The position numbers and the translations under genes are program-made. Positions 30,045-45,382 of a stretch of DNA of 64,000 bases are shown here, piece by piece. The notes under the pieces were generated by a model. It saw nothing but the letters and a program-made list of their open reading frames with translations, was not told the DNA's origin and searched no databases. The DNA is from the human T2T-CHM13v2.0 reference genome, Homo sapiens. The stretch is from the NCBI RefSeq assembly GCF_009914755.1, contig NC_060938.1. The stretch is one strand, 5' to 3'. Each line of letters opens with the position of its first letter. The first letter of the stretch is position 1.

Positions 30045-30374
30045 CTGTGCTGCTGGATATATTAACATCGATACTGATATCAGATATTCCTCCTCCCTTC
30101 AGAGATGCTACACATGTGTACGTCCCAAAATCCGTGAATTTTAAATCAATGATGTCCAAGTTTGTTGTTCCCGGAGAGACATCAGGATCAGTCTGTGTAA
30201 TGACCATCCGCTCAGAACTTCTTAATGGACGACCATTTTTAAACCAACTAAATGTTAGCTCCTCAGAAGGAACAGCTTCTACTTGGCAAGATATTTTCAC
30301 CTCACGGCCAATCTGGATGTTGTCATCTTTGTGATAAGGATCTGGTGTGATCCAAAATCGTCCTTTTTTTAATG
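30045..30374 (-). CDS. MDGA2: MDGA2 internal coding exon, Ig-like domain (probably Ig4), 330 nt, phase 1-1
   Basis: Minus-strand acceptor ttgtag|CATTAAAA at 30375/30374 and donor ACAG|gtaaga at 30045/30044. Translation LKKGRFWITPDPYHKDDNIQIGREVKISCQVEAVPSEELTFSWFKNGRPLRSSERMVITQTDPDVSPGTTNLDIIDLKFTDFGTYTCVASLKGGGISDISIDVNISSST has the Ig Cys...Trp...DxGxYxC signature; I recognise it as MDGA2. The domain number is from memory. Confidence 0.95.
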
Positions 30375-33319
30375 CTACAACATAAAAATTCCATAAGGAG
30401 TTAGTGTTACTTTCATAACTTTAAGGATTCATTAACTCTAGATAATCATCTCTGAGCTGAAATAAAGTAAAACCAAATAAAGTGTACATATATTTCTTTT
30501 TTATATCCAAGTTGTGTGTACATCAAAAAACCTCATGCAGGTACCCAGAAATAATCTAAAAAAATCTAAGTCAATTAAAGACTGTGAACACTGATTTTTA
30601 TAAATTTGGTAAGATTTTCCAGTGATATCAAAAGTAATGCCTTAAGTCTATGTGCAATTATACTTAAATATTGACATTGAATTTTGAACAAATGACAGAT
30701 TCTATGTAGTCATAGCATATTAAAATTAAAAGTAAGAATATGGATCTCATTTAATCTAATACTTTCCCTATGTCACTACTTAGTTATTGTATAATTTTCC
30801 AAACAACTCAAATATTACACAAAGGACATAAGAACATTCTCCTAAGGTTGTATCTATATGTTGATCAACACTAGTTCGGTAATATTTGAGTCCATTCACA
30901 TTCATGAAACATTTTCATATATTGAAATAATCTGAACTGAAAAAGAAAACCTGGGGCAAAAAGCATGTTCAAAACATTTACTATGAACTTTTCTATTCTA
31001 CCATACATAGATGTTTCCAGTTAAAACTGTTTGTTGGCTCTCTAATGCGGATGACCAAAAGAACCTCTCCACAGACAGCTTAGAAAACAGGTTTGTATGC
31101 TAACAGAAATGTTTTCCAGGTCTAAAGGCAGTGCTGTTTTCACAAGAGGTCAGTAGTAATGACTACCAAAAGGCTGCCAAGGGAGCATCTATAGACTTTC
31201 TACTAAGGGCCTGAACTTTGAATGATACCACAATACTCAATATGGAAAAGCTTTCTCTCTTTTGTGACAGTGATTCTCTTATACACAGATTTTTCTTTTT
31301 TTTTTTTTTCATCATCTTCCCCATTTCCCTCTCCTTTAAAATGACTATCCCTACATGACAAAATGTGGCATACACAGTGAAACACAATTATCAGGATAAA
31401 ATATTGGTCATCCACTTTTAACATTAAGCCTAAATATGTAATGATATTGTCAAAAATGCCATGAATTTAGAGGACCTACAGACACTAGAAGGCTGCTAAC
31501 AGCATTCTGGATAGCCCCTCCTTAGTTTAACCATATTTTTGTCAGTTAGTCCAATAAAAACCAGTAAGCACTATAAAAATCTATAGAATCATGCAGAATG
31601 AACTAGAGATAAATATACTTTTAAGTCTTAAAAACTTTTCTAAGTTTTAAAACTCTTTAGCCTCAAATATTTTCATCTGCTTTCTTGTTGGCATCTCAAT
31701 AGGAAGATATACATAGATATCAAAAACAATGTTTGTGTCTTTCTTTTTCATTTAAGATATATTTGAAGGGCTCCTCCTCAAGACTAGCCACTAGGCTGGG
31801 TTCTGACTACAGGACATGAACAAAATAGACATAACCATGGCCCTCATGTACTGCAGCCTGCATATTCATAGATTAGAGGCCAACTTATTCACACAACATT
31901 TATGATACTTATGTCTAGAAAAACCACAGACATATATAGCGATGAAATATTTTATATGCCTGAAGAAGTTTCAATCTCAGAGGACAGCCTCCCTGAATTA
32001 CTGTTTAGAAAATGCACTAAGTTTTAATCTTAATGAAAACATGAGAAGACAAATACTTAAATCACATTCTCATACTGTCATTTGTTACATTTTTCCATAA
32101 TAAAATGCAACTTATGAATCTTATTTACCCCTAACCATATCTTTATCAGTAAGTTACTCTAGGGTGAAATTAGGATACATTTTGGTATTCTGTTACCTAG
32201 AATCATATATTCATATTTTCACAGGCACTGACCTATGACTTTACATTGTATTTGGGAAGGGAAATGTGATGAAATGTCCATATCTGGCTGCCATATTTGG
32301 TATATAATAATTGTGCTCATACAATGCCAATGTAATTGAAGTTTTACAGTACAAAGCAAATCATATGAGTATAAAATATATTTTCTGTTAAAAACAGATG
32401 TAAAATTTAATGTCAAGAGCATTTACTTTTATTAGCACCATAACAGTTAAATGAGAGTTTCCCTTCATTTGCTAAGAATTTTCTTTATCCTGTTTTTAAA
32501 GAGAAATTTTAAGATTACAATTTTGAAAGTTTTATTATTGCATATAATAATTTATTAATAACCATATGACTAATATCAGGGTTCATATGGGATATCTTTT
32601 AGAATAGTTTTCATTACAAAGATATATGTTGGTTGCATATGTAAACACACACAAAACTGAGATGTTTAAGTGGTTGTCATTTATTTACCATGCAGCTATT
32701 GTTTTCCACTTCTGTGCTCTGCATAGTGACATATTAAAGTGATATTGAGAGAACTGCAATCTTACCAGCCAAATTAGATTTAAAATACTAAACAACTCAA
32801 AAAATACTGATAAAAATATGAAATCAGTATCTGTATTATGTTATAGAATATTTATTCATAAAAACAACTTTAAAACCCAAAGAAAAAATATTAGAGATTA
32901 TAAACCCATAATCAATTAATACATAAGATTATATGTAATATACAATTAGACAAATTAATAAAAAGCAATATAATCAAGCATGCTTTTAAGAATGAACTCA
33001 TAGCGAAAAACATTGGTGAATCTTAGTTATCAGATAATTCTATGATTTGGCCTAAGTCAATTGTACTAGTCTTCTGAATGACACAGAATCTAAAGGGAAA
33101 AAGAGAAACAAGTCTGCTAAGTGAGCTCAAGTTAAGGAACATCAGAATAAGTAACAGATTATTTAATAGAGAGTCATTTCTGTTTATGTTGTCCCTCTAA
33201 CAAAATAACATAACTGGTTTTGCATACAAAAAAGAAATGTTCAGATAAAAGGTGTGTGTGCGTGTACTCATATATAGTAACAGAGGACAGAGAAATTTTG
33301 TTTTCTTACTTAGCTCAGA

Positions 33320-33520
33320 AAACTAAGAGCATAGCTCTGTAAACTAGGTCTGGGTACATTGAGAATTTGCAACCTAATTCCAGTTTTTCATGTCTACGTG
33401 GTCCAAGATGGGCAATCTAATTTTTATGGATCAAGTGCATCATTTATGAAAATAGAAGGTGATAGAGTTAGGCTCCCTTAGAGACACATTGTGAGAAATA
33501 GCTTATTAACAATTGTGCCT
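33320..33520 (+). mobile_element. Degraded MIR
   Basis: taagagcatagctctg...catcattt.atgaaaatag, MIR-like. Confidence 0.5.
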
Positions 33521-35640
33521 GAGTTTTGAAAATATAAAGTGTTTGATGTAGTTAATCAACTGGGCAGCAGGTTCCTTCGTTTATAATTAAACGCTCTCTT
33601 TTTCCGTGAACAATTTATAGTAGCTCATGTAATGTTAATTTAAAGTCATTTCCTGCTACCAGTTAAGATTTTAAACTCTTAAAATCAATCTGTAATTAGT
33701 ACTGGAGTATAACAGAGGTCCAATAGACTTATTGAGACTCTATAGAACTAAACAAATTCTATGGAAAAAGGATAGCAGAAATCCCTTTCCCCAAATGCAA
33801 TTTCTCAGTCTGAATATTGAAAATCCCCTAACACCAGCCTGAGAGAACATTAGATTTGGCTTAATGTATCATAAATCGTGATAGATGAACCTTAAAAGGT
33901 ACTTGTTTAGTCTGGCAGTGCATGTAAAAGATTGGCATCAAGCTGAACCTCTGTTCTGGATAATCAGTTTGGAAACATTGCAATGTAACTATAGCCTCCC
34001 TTTTTTAATATTGTGAATTGAATACAGGCTTGGCCTATATTCACTTTTTAACAGTATACTTGCAAGGACATTCTAATTGCACTTACTGAAATCCCTCTTC
34101 TTCAGGCTACACAGATGTGCTCTGTAAATGGAGTGAAACCCAAGTATTGAAACAGAGGCTACTCACTGCAAAAATTTGGGTAGGGTTTGTTGCTCACCTT
34201 CCCTAGAAATAAGAGTCCATGCCTGTGAATGTGAATGTCAATGGTTCAATGGAAGACTCCTGTTATGTAAAACTAGATTACATCTTGAGCATAGGCTTGA
34301 AAGAGGGAACATTGCCTTCAGAGAAGTCTAGGCTTGTGGTTTCCACAAAGAGGAGGCTGTGAGATTGTATCTTGATTGTAGTTTTAGATTTAAAATTATA
34401 ACGTACATTGTTTTGTTGGTCAAATGTTCCATGAAGTATGCAATACATAGTAATTCAATAATAAACTAAAATTTATTGACAGAACAAAAAAAGACAACAG
34501 TCTTATACTTTAATGTGAAAAGCATCTCTTTGGAGATAATAAATATGAGGTGTCAGCTTTTTAGCTTCTGTTAAGTATCTATTTCAGAAGAATGTAAGAT
34601 ACAGAGTGACCACTGATCACCATTTCAGGTTGATAAATTGCTGAAAAGACTCTCTAAATCGATTATGTTTTATAATCAGGTTGTAGGATTCTGGACAACC
34701 TAAAGGACTGACAAAACCTTGTTGAGATCTGGATATAGAAACCATTAATAGTGCAATCAGATAAATAAAAATCAATTTCCTATTTATTCTTTGCTGAAGA
34801 GAATAAAAATATCTATGTGTGAAAGATGAAGTATTTTCCTGACCCACTGAATGCCAATTAAATAAGCAGTTGGAAATAGGTTACATCAGCAAAGCAACTT
34901 AAAAGATAGTAAACGATAGTATGTATAATCTGTCCTACTATAACTAGGAACCTATCTTTCTCCTCAATAGGGCTGTGAACACCTGGGGTTGGAGTGGGTA
35001 CACCTTACTCTTCTTCATTGCCCCCAAATCCTGAATATGGTGCATTGTTATAGTTGGTACTTAATACTCTTTATTGAATTTAATTATAATTGACATTTCA
35101 AAGCATTAACTTTACAAATGCCAATTGTTTCCATTCAGTATGGTAAGTTCCTGTTAATTTTGATTTTGTGTTGCAGTCTTGTGTTCTGAGATGCATCTGG
35201 GGAAATAGAATAGGAAAAAGAACAGATTTGATGTCCTCAAGGATTCAGTGATTTTGTTGTGGGAACAGAATAACACTTGATGAACAAACAGCATCAACAT
35301 GGGAATATATGTGAGGAAGAGAATTCTGTACACAACACAAGAAACTTCATTCTAGCACATCCACTGACTAGTTAGCTATGTGTATGGGACATCGGCTATC
35401 AGACAACTCTCTTTGTAAAGGAGGATTTCATCCAAAAGGGCTTGTTTATATGCTTCAGATAATAATCATTTCTGAGCAAATATGGATAATTACTCAACTG
35501 ATAATCAGTCGATAATCTGAAGAAAGATGGAAGAAGGAAAAAAAAAACTGACATCTACGCACATTTACATTGTCTGAAATAGTATTTGCTAAAACCTGTT
35601 TCAGAAAAAGGTTAATGAGGTTACATTAAAACAAAGTGTA

Positions 35641-36022
<382 letters not shown>

Positions 36023-38174
36023 CTAACATGCAAATTGTCACATTACTGGAGAGGCTGATTGCATCTACCAAGGGGGAACATCTCTGAGGACTAGCATCCC
36101 AGAGAATAAAGTTTGGGAAACAATGACCTAAGAAAATCTGCCAGTCGAAGAGAATCATTGAAAAGACTGTAAAATTAGATTCCATTCTTAATATTGTAGG
36201 CATTTCCCTTATGAGCATCACGAAATAATCAGCAAGGTGTGACTCTCTAGTGAAAATAATATTTATTATTTAAAAAGCTAAAGGGCTTGGGAATGATCTT
36301 AATTTTTTAAGTTAATAAGTAATGGTACATTGAAGTTATAAAAATATATTTCAGATTCATCTAATAAACTCACCTACACTAAGAGCCGCGTGCCTCTTTC
36401 TTTCCAACCAACAATTTAGAAAACAAAATTAACTTACCAGTTTGTTCCTGTCTCTGAAATGTACATTTTGCAATATGCAAACAGCATTAAAGAGGAGTTA
36501 AATGCATCAGCTTTTGTACAACTCTAAGCACTGATATGAACAAGACTTAATCTTTCTCATTTGCTTGAAGAAATAATAATTTGAGTTAATTTATTTATAT
36601 CTTATGTTATTATAAAAAGTATATGCAGTGTTAGTCTTAAAAGTATTAAAGATTCTGGAAAATGGATATGAGCAGGGAGGTCTTTTAAATTTTTTTCTCT
36701 GATATGCTATTAAGTATTCTTATACTCACTTCTCTGTATCTAACAACTCCATTTGCCAATCTAGTCTGAATGGAAGTTCATTAATAATGCAAGAACAAAA
36801 ATACGTTACACCCTTCCTGAAAGTGGTTTAACATAGCACCCCTGATAATCTAAATGTAGAGTCAGACGATGAAATGAAGTTGGGGTTCTATTTAATTGTA
36901 AAGTATCAAGGCTCTATTTATTTTGTGAATTTACTCAAAGCTAATTAGTACAGTTAATCATTTGAATTGTTTAAGCATAGTATGGTTGAATTATAAATGT
37001 CTCTTGAATATCCTTTCTCAATAGAACATCAGCAGGTAAGCATTTTGGGTAAGAATTAGAGAAAGAAAGGACGTTTTAGGCAGGCACAATGTACTCTTTT
37101 TGGGGTAAATTCTTCTTAAGAAGGGGGAAAAAGTGAACTAAAATAATAATATAATTATTATCATTATTATTTTGCCATTCCTACCATTTTAATCCTATTT
37201 TAAGTAAGAAAAAAATATATATATATATATATTGCTGATAAATTACCAAAATGTCTTATCGGTGTCATAAATGAAAACATTTACATGTGGCTACCATGTA
37301 AATGGTATTTGAATTAGCATGATACCTTAGCACCAGTTATTTGAATAGAAGATTATTACTTTGCTGGCCCTATAATGTTAAAAATTAGTGGGTATTTTGA
37401 GCTCACCTTTTCTATCAAATTTAATAATACTTTTTCACTATGAGAAATGAGAATGTGTTCAGGTATATTATACTTTTTATTAGTTGCTAAAGACCTAGGA
37501 CTAGAAACAGCTATCAGATGAGTGGCAGTTTAGAAAGATTGGTACAAAATATAATTCATTTGAAATCCTTTTGAAAATAGTACATCCTTAATATTTATGA
37601 AATTGATCATGTAGTTGTGAAAATTAGATAAGATAATGAGACTAACTTAATCTAAAATCTTTCGTTACCTTTCTTGAGCTTTTTTGTTTTCTGTCTCGTA
37701 AGCGGTGCCCTTTCCCTTTCCAAAGTGATTCTGCCCCTTCTGCCAACCTCTCTCACAGTATCCTGAGGTCCTACATCCAGTTGGCCACTTCTTTTGAAAT
37801 ATCAGTATTTCCTCTTCCATACTGTATTCTCTCAGACTGAAACTTGTTTAGGTCACTTCTAAACTTAAAACACTTCTCTTAACCCCAATAATCCCTCAAA
37901 CCATTTGTGGCATATTGCTTGATAAAATGGTGAAATACCAGTTGCACTCACTCACTAGGATACTTTATGTGCTGGGTTTCACTGATGCTACTCTGGCAGT
38001 GAGGGCTCAAAGATTAGTAATGATCTCCTAATCAATTAATCCAATATTTTCTAGTTCCCATTCATGTTTGTATTATTTACACTTTCCACTTCGTGTCACT
38101 TTACATTATTGGCTCTTCTTTCTTGAACATCTCTTTTATACTGGCCTCTATAACTGGTAGGATATAACGTTTAA

Positions 38175-38377
38175 GAAAATAAATTCATGGACTGTTCTCA
38201 TTCACATCACAATTGTCATGACAGTCTCCCTGGTTCATTTGAGTTCTATCATTTGAACAGTTCATTTGAGTTCTATCTATCACTTGAACAGTTCTAACAT
38301 TCGAAAATAAATTAGTGGACTGTTCTCATTCACATCACAATTGTCATGACATTGTCCCAGTTCTATCATTCAAACAG
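38175..38377. repeat. Nested local duplication (128-bp offset)
   Basis: 36-bp identity between 38188-38223 and 38316-38351, with an inner 27/31-bp tandem at 38233-38290. Confidence 0.9.
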
Positions 38378-38802
38378 CAGTTGTAAAGTCAGGTTTGTTG
38401 AGAAAGGTAGGATTTTTCTAAATCATTTTGCCGTAATTGGAAGCCATGGAGTTTTCCCTTGATGTTCTCTTTCCTTTTGCTGCCCATGTTAGAACATGAG
38501 ATAGTTGTCTGTTTGTTTTGTTTCTTGAGATGTAGAATATTGCAACCAGATCCATGCATATTTCAATTTAAAAGAAAAATGTGTTAAAATCATTTAAATA
38601 TATGTTTTCATTTTAACACTACAGACCAAATAAAATAACTTAGATATACTGAATGACTAAATGAGAAATATCTTTAATTACTAACAATTTATGTAAATTA
38701 TCTTAATTGCCTTATCTGGTAAGAAGATGAAGAGTGAATACTATTGACCTGGCGCATCTAACCATTCCCCCTATTTTAACTAAACTTTAGATAGATTTAT
38801 TT

Positions 38803-39056
38803 CTTTTTCTTTTTTTGGGTGGGGTGGGGTTATCCATCCCTTCAAGCATTTATCCTTTGTGTTACAATCCAATTATATGCTTTGTTATTTTTAAATGTAC
38901 AATTAAATAATCATAATTGACTATAGTCACCCTGTTGTGCTATCAAATACTAGGTCATATTCGTCCTTTATAACTATTTTTTATACCAACTAACCATGCC
39001 CACCTTCCTCCCCCAATCCCACCCCTGTTCCAGTAATCATCCTTCTATTCTGTTAC
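38803..39056 (-). mobile_element. L1MA (MA1-3-like) 3' end
   Basis: tatccatcccttcaagcatttatcctttgtgttac...gactatagtcaccctgttgtgctatcaaatactaggtc. Target duplication atagatttattt at 38791-38802 and 39057-39068. Confidence 0.85.
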
Positions 39057-39134
39057 ATAGATTTATTTTTTACTATAGGCCCCTGGTCCTCATTTTCATA
39101 CAGCATTTACACGACAAAACTTGAAAATTTAGAG

Positions 39135-39858
<724 letters not shown>

Positions 39859-40896
39859 ACATTAAATTTAGTCATGTGCATTATTAAAATAGATGAAAAT
39901 AGGATCAGTCTAGGGAATTCGTTGCTACAAAATTTCAAATGTCAAAGAAATACTTATGGTTACAACACACACACACCCCAGTATGTTGCTCAAAGATGGA
40001 ATGTCATGTAAGTACGAGAGTATTTGAGAGTTAAAGAGGTTAATTTAATCCCTTTATAAAGCTATCTTCTCCAATGTGGTAAGCTCTGTTTAATCTTTAA
40101 TGCCCTGCAGGTATAGAGTTTCTGATAATAAACCACAAAACAAAGATCCGGATGTGTTGGTTAATTAAAAGATGGCAGGGTGCTGAGGTGTGAAGAGACT
40201 CAAAACTAAATAAATTTAATATGCTATAATATGTTATATGTATTATAAATAGAAATGTATAATCTTTCCTTTTTGAAAAAGTATACCCTACCTTTCCTTA
40301 GGTGTGTTTAAAGTATATTTTTAAAATACATACTATAGTGTCTGTGGGTTTTTTTTTTCTCTTTTTAATGAGAAAATTCTATCAAACAAGCAAATAAGTC
40401 AAAATGCTGGTGGTATAGACATACTTTTCCATCCTGTACAATTGTTTGTTGAGCCATTTAATTGGCTTTACTCTTTACAGGAAGAAACGCAAAGAGGGAA
40501 ATACTAATTTCACAATTCACAGTATCTGGGACGTAAAAATACTCCAATTCCTCAAATAAACAACAAACAAAAATTAGTATTCCTGTTTCAGAGATCTGAA
40601 TCAAATGTATTTTCTGCACCTGCATAAAGAAGACATGAAACAAGCAGCATTTTTACCCACTTCTTTATAGTGATCATAACAATAAAATTCACAATCCTAG
40701 TTGTCAATCTATACCTCAAGGTGAGCTAACTACTGTAACTTTATACAGGAACCAAAGGAGTCTGTCACCATCGTATAGTTGTTCAGGCTCAATTTAAGGA
40801 AAAATTCAAAGACATTGTCTGGGTAAATATTAAACAAGAGTGAATACAAGTTTATATTCTACGAAAATGACCCAGGAAGTTTGTTGGTTGTTGTTT

Positions 40897-40911
40897 GGGG
40901 GGGGGGGGGGG
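40897..40911 (+). repeat. G15 homopolymer
   Basis: Read directly from the sequence. Confidence 0.95.
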
Positions 40912-41362
40912 CGGTTTGCAGGTATTATATGTTGCAGGTACATGAAAATGTATTCATTAATAGTTAACTGATAAGAAATAAGAGTCACACGTTCTAAGAA
41001 AGGAGAAAAGCCAAACTAGGACCTAGACTCTGTAGTGAGGTAGATAGAAGAATACATGTGGATAGAGACATTATAGAAAGCTTATATTGTACCTATACAC
41101 AGTGAAAATACAATTTTTTAAGTGTAAAATCTGTGAGCACCTCAAGAAAATATTTTGCGTTCAATTGTTTGCATTTCTTAGAGACTTGTTGGATATAAGT
41201 CAGTCTAATGTTAAGACACATCTAAGAGAAACAATGACTATTATGTTGGAGGAGTTGATCTAAATTCATTCTTAAGGAAAATGAGTTGATGATAAGACCA
41301 GTAATTCACTGAAGTTATTTCTACTTTTTGAAAGTGAAACTATGATAGTGATAGTTTAAAGT

Positions 41363-41546
41363 ATTGGTTCTCCAAGTATGAACCCTAGTCCAATATCAGC
41401 AGCATCACCTGAGAATTTGTTAGAAAGGCAAATTATTGGATGACACCCCAGGCCCAATCCTCAGGTTTTGGTATAGAGTCCAGCCATCTGCATTTTAACA
41501 ACCCCTCTGAGTGATTCTGATATACTCTCGGGTTTGAGAGCCTCTG
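41363..41546 (+). mobile_element. MER5A (hAT-Charlie)
   Basis: cagcagcatcacctgagaatttgttagaaaggcaaatt...tttaacaacccctc..gtgattctgat...gtttgagagcctctg. Confidence 0.85.
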
Positions 41547-42084
41547 TTATTGAAAAAGTTTATGCTGCCATCCTTTAGAAATACAGGGCTCGAACAGAGA
41601 AGGCAGGTCATCAGCTCACCCAGAAGGATTATTGAGATATTAAGGCACAAACTAAAAAGTGCCATAGCATATCTTTTTACTTTGCAGGATCTTCAAAAGC
41701 CTGTTAATCCTAATTATAACATTTGAAATGTTATTTAAACGTAACTCCCATAAGTATCAATAACAAAAGAGTCTAACCTGATCTCACATAGATTAACATG
41801 GAACTACTTCCTTTCCACATGGCCAAAGCTTGAGAAAAGTTTCACAAAAACACTTATTATTTCCAGATCTCTTCAGAAGATGATAAAAATGTTGAGGGCT
41901 CAATATTAAGCACCTTAAAGTCAACCTTCTTTACCTACGAATTTCTAACACTGAGTATTAAGAATGTAACCAACTATCATGAGGGAATATCTAAATACCT
42001 GATATGGTCATAATTTAAGGGTAAGCGATTAATAGCCTATTAAGTTTTTGGTGAGTGGCAATGGTTTCTGGGAGAGTCAATATA

Positions 42085-42300
42085 GAAAACAGTGAAGAGC
42101 AAGTATTCTGAGGTCAGACTGCCTGGTTCTAATATGATTTCATCATTTATTGGCAGTGTAATGTTGTACGGTTAGCTCTATAGAGCCTCAATCTCCCAAA
42201 TCTGTAAAATGGTAGTAATTATGAAGCATACAATTGATCCATGAAACTCTGAGTATGCTAGTTCCAACACAGAATATCCAAACACTAGATGTGAGCTGCT
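42085..42300 (+). mobile_element. MIR
   Basis: gtcagactgcctggttc...gcctcaatctcccaaatctgtaaaatgg. Confidence 0.7.
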
Positions 42301-42859
42301 TTTTATTCCGTATTTCTGAGCACTCACAGCATGTCTATCACTATTCTTTCTGCCAAAGATGCACAGATGAAGAGCCTAGTGATGGGGAAAAGTATAGAAA
42401 CCAAAAATTTGATAAAGACAAAGACTGACAGTATTTTATTATAAGACAACTCATTATTGTGAAAGGGTAAGAGAAGACTTCATGTATTTGGTGGTGCCTG
42501 AGAATTCGGGGATAAAAGGAAGGCAGACAGTTAAAGATGCTGAAAGGTCATTCCAGAGAGTGGCAGCTTCATGGGTACTGGAATAGGAATTCGTACTGTG
42601 CCAACTTTTGGTTTTAGCTTAGCTTTCAATCACTCTAGACAATCCTCTCACGTTCCTTCAAAATGTGTTTCTCTATAATTTCAAACATTCGCTTTCATTT
42701 CCCACCTGTCTCTGAGGATGCCGGGTTGATCTTTCTAAAGCTGACCTCTTAAATTGTGCTCCTGAACTCAGCTCCAGCTTTGCATTGAATATCACTCACA
42801 CATCATCAATTTTCTCTTAAAATTTTTCCTCACAGTAAAGTCTTTCCCATGTATTTATG

Positions 42860-42934
42860 AACATGATCATAATTAAATTAACATGATCATAATTAAATAA
42901 TTAATGATTAATTAATTTAATTAATCATTAATTA
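42860..42934. repeat. 20-bp tandem duplication followed by a perfect 37-bp palindrome
   Basis: aacatgatcataattaaat occurs twice; then taattaatgattaattaa-t-ttaattaatcattaatta at 42898-42934. Confidence 0.95.
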
Positions 42935-43102
42935 AAACAAAGCAACAACAACTATATAATACACAAAGTCTTTCCTCAACTTCTTTATCTTCTGAAGCTA
43001 TTTCTTATTTACTCTCTTTTTATTTCTCACTCTCAAGATAGTAATATATAAATCACTCACTTTTAACCTCTCAATAGTTTTGATTCTCACCAGTAACAGA
43101 AC

Positions 43103-43398
43103 TTTTTTTTTTTTTTGAACGTGGAGTCTCGCTCTGTCACCCAGGCTGGAGTGCAGTGCGGTGGCGCGATCTCGGCTCACTGCAAGCTCCGACTTCACGC
43201 CATTCTCCTGCCTCAGCCTCCCGAGTAGCTGGGACTATACAGGCACCCGCCACCACGCCCGGCTAATTTTTTCTATTTTTAGTTGAGACGGGGTTTCACC
43301 GTGTTAGCCAGGATGGTCTCGATCTCCTGACCTCGTGATCCGCCCGCTTCGCCCTCCCAGAGTGCTGGGATTACAGGCGTGAGCCACCGCGCCCAGCC
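43103..43398 (-). mobile_element. AluY
   Basis: CpG-rich with Y-type diagnostics and small indels. Target duplication cagaactttt at 43097-43106 and 43399-43408. Confidence 0.92.
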
Positions 43399-44344
43399 CA
43401 GAACTTTTAACAATTGCCAGGGAGAATATGTTCTGAGGAGCAGCAGCTCAGTCCAAACTCCTGCTGCATTTGCTGTATACAACCTATTCTGACCTTTTGT
43501 TTATAGCTCCCAGACCAATTATACTTCCATTTCCTTTGTCCTGAATCTGGGCACCTCTTGTCTCCTCTCCGTCTACACTATCACTTCTTCACAGCTTGCT
43601 TTTACATCCATAGTCTGTATCTCAGCACAGGTCCCACTTTAGTAAAACCCTCTGTTCTCAACTCTCTGAGATACAGTTGCTTATTTCCCATTGTCCGCTC
43701 GATTTTTATGTGATGCAGCACTTCAATCAATGTTCCTCAATTAAATTTCTTATATCACTACTTTAAGGTATGTCTGATCTTTTTTTTCCTTCTCACTCTT
43801 TCATTTATGACACATTCTCCACATAATCAAACCTTTCCCCGCATTTCCTTTACTCTTTTCAGTCTCCCAGAATGTGCCCTTACTGTTGGATTTGCCTTGT
43901 ATGACATCTTGTCCATGCTCTCTGTCCACATTGGATTCAGTCACTGAAGCCCAGATCTAATGTCATCTTTTTTGTAATGCTTTCCCCAATTCATGTAATG
44001 AGTCTGAAGAATTGCCACTATTCTTTGTCTATAAGAAAACTCTCTTCCAGATATTTTGTATTCTCTGGACTCTCAAGCTTCCTGAAAACAGAGGTACTTC
44101 ATATTGCTGTCTTCCTGAGCACCCTCACTTCCACAAAGTAAGTTGTCACAGCACTTAGGTTGGTGACATGGAAGATACAACACCTGTAAAGCTTTTCATC
44201 CAGAGGGGACATATCTGAAGCTATTACCAAGTAGTCATCAGATTGATTGTTGTCACCTAATCATTAACCTGAACAAATTTGTTCCATTTTGTCAATTATC
44301 AGACAACTGACAAAATTTGAATAATGGGCTATCAATGAAATCGT

Positions 44345-44600
44345 ATTTTGTCAAGATAAAATTTCCATATTTTAATAACTATACTGTGGTTATACAGGAA
44401 ATGCTCACTGAAGTGTTTTGTGTAAAGAGGCACTATATCACCAAGCTACTCTCAAAGGACTCATAAAACATTTATACACATTTATATAAAGAATGATAAA
44501 GTAAATAGAAAAACTCAACTAATAGCAAAGCTGGGTAAAGGCTATATATGAGAGTTCTTTGTACTATTCTTGATATTTAAAAAATTTTTTCTTAAGAAGT
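44345..44600 (+). mobile_element. L1ME-type 3' fragment
   Basis: atactgtggttata...ctgggtaaaggctatatatgagagttctttgtactattcttg. Confidence 0.65.
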
Positions 44601-45322
44601 TGAGAAATTAATATTAAAAAATCAGCTGGTTTATTGTTATTTATATCCACAGACACAAAATCTGTACCCTCCAGTGATAACAGTGGACTATGCATTTTTA
44701 CATTTCTAGATTATCCTCCTCCTATTAAACTATTCTCCTCGAATTAAGCTAAACATTTATGACCCTTTGAAAACTATCACCAATATAAAAATTAGTATCG
44801 AATACTCACAAAAAAACCCAAAGAATAACTAACAAATAAAACTAGTGAAGAAAACTGACTTTTACTCAATAAAATATTTGTCAAGGAAATAAATTAATCC
44901 TTCTTATACAAATGGGTACGATTAGTGATGGTGCCTGATAAATACTATATGCTTTTTGTAAACTACTACTCAAAATCTCATAGAAACTTGTACAATGTTT
45001 TTTAAGTTTAATTATAACAGATGAACTGTCTTTCCAAAAAACATGCAGAGGAAAAAAAACTTAATACTCTTTAACATTAACTTTCTAGATATTTTGAAAA
45101 AAACAAAAATATAAAATGTGGAGCCATCCAATATATACCATATGTAATATTTTTCATTAATATTCATAATTTCTTGCGGTTAAAAATCAAAATGACACAT
45201 TTTTCTTAACATATGACTCTCTGAAAGCTCAGTTAGGCCAAATGAAGATGTATAAATGGGGCTGCTGAAAGTACAATGCCATGTTCCATCACATTTTATC
45301 AGGTTACGATGTATTTCAATAT

Positions 45323-45382
45323 ATGTGTATGAGTGTGTGTTATGTATGAGTGTGTGTTATGTGTGTGTGTGTGTGTGTGTGT
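45323..45382. repeat. Imperfect (TG)n repeat
   Basis: Read directly from the sequence. Confidence 0.9.

Noticed and set aside
30008-30334. 108-aa plus-strand ORF
   Set aside because: Antisense shadow of the MDGA2 exon, with a GTG start and no independent support.
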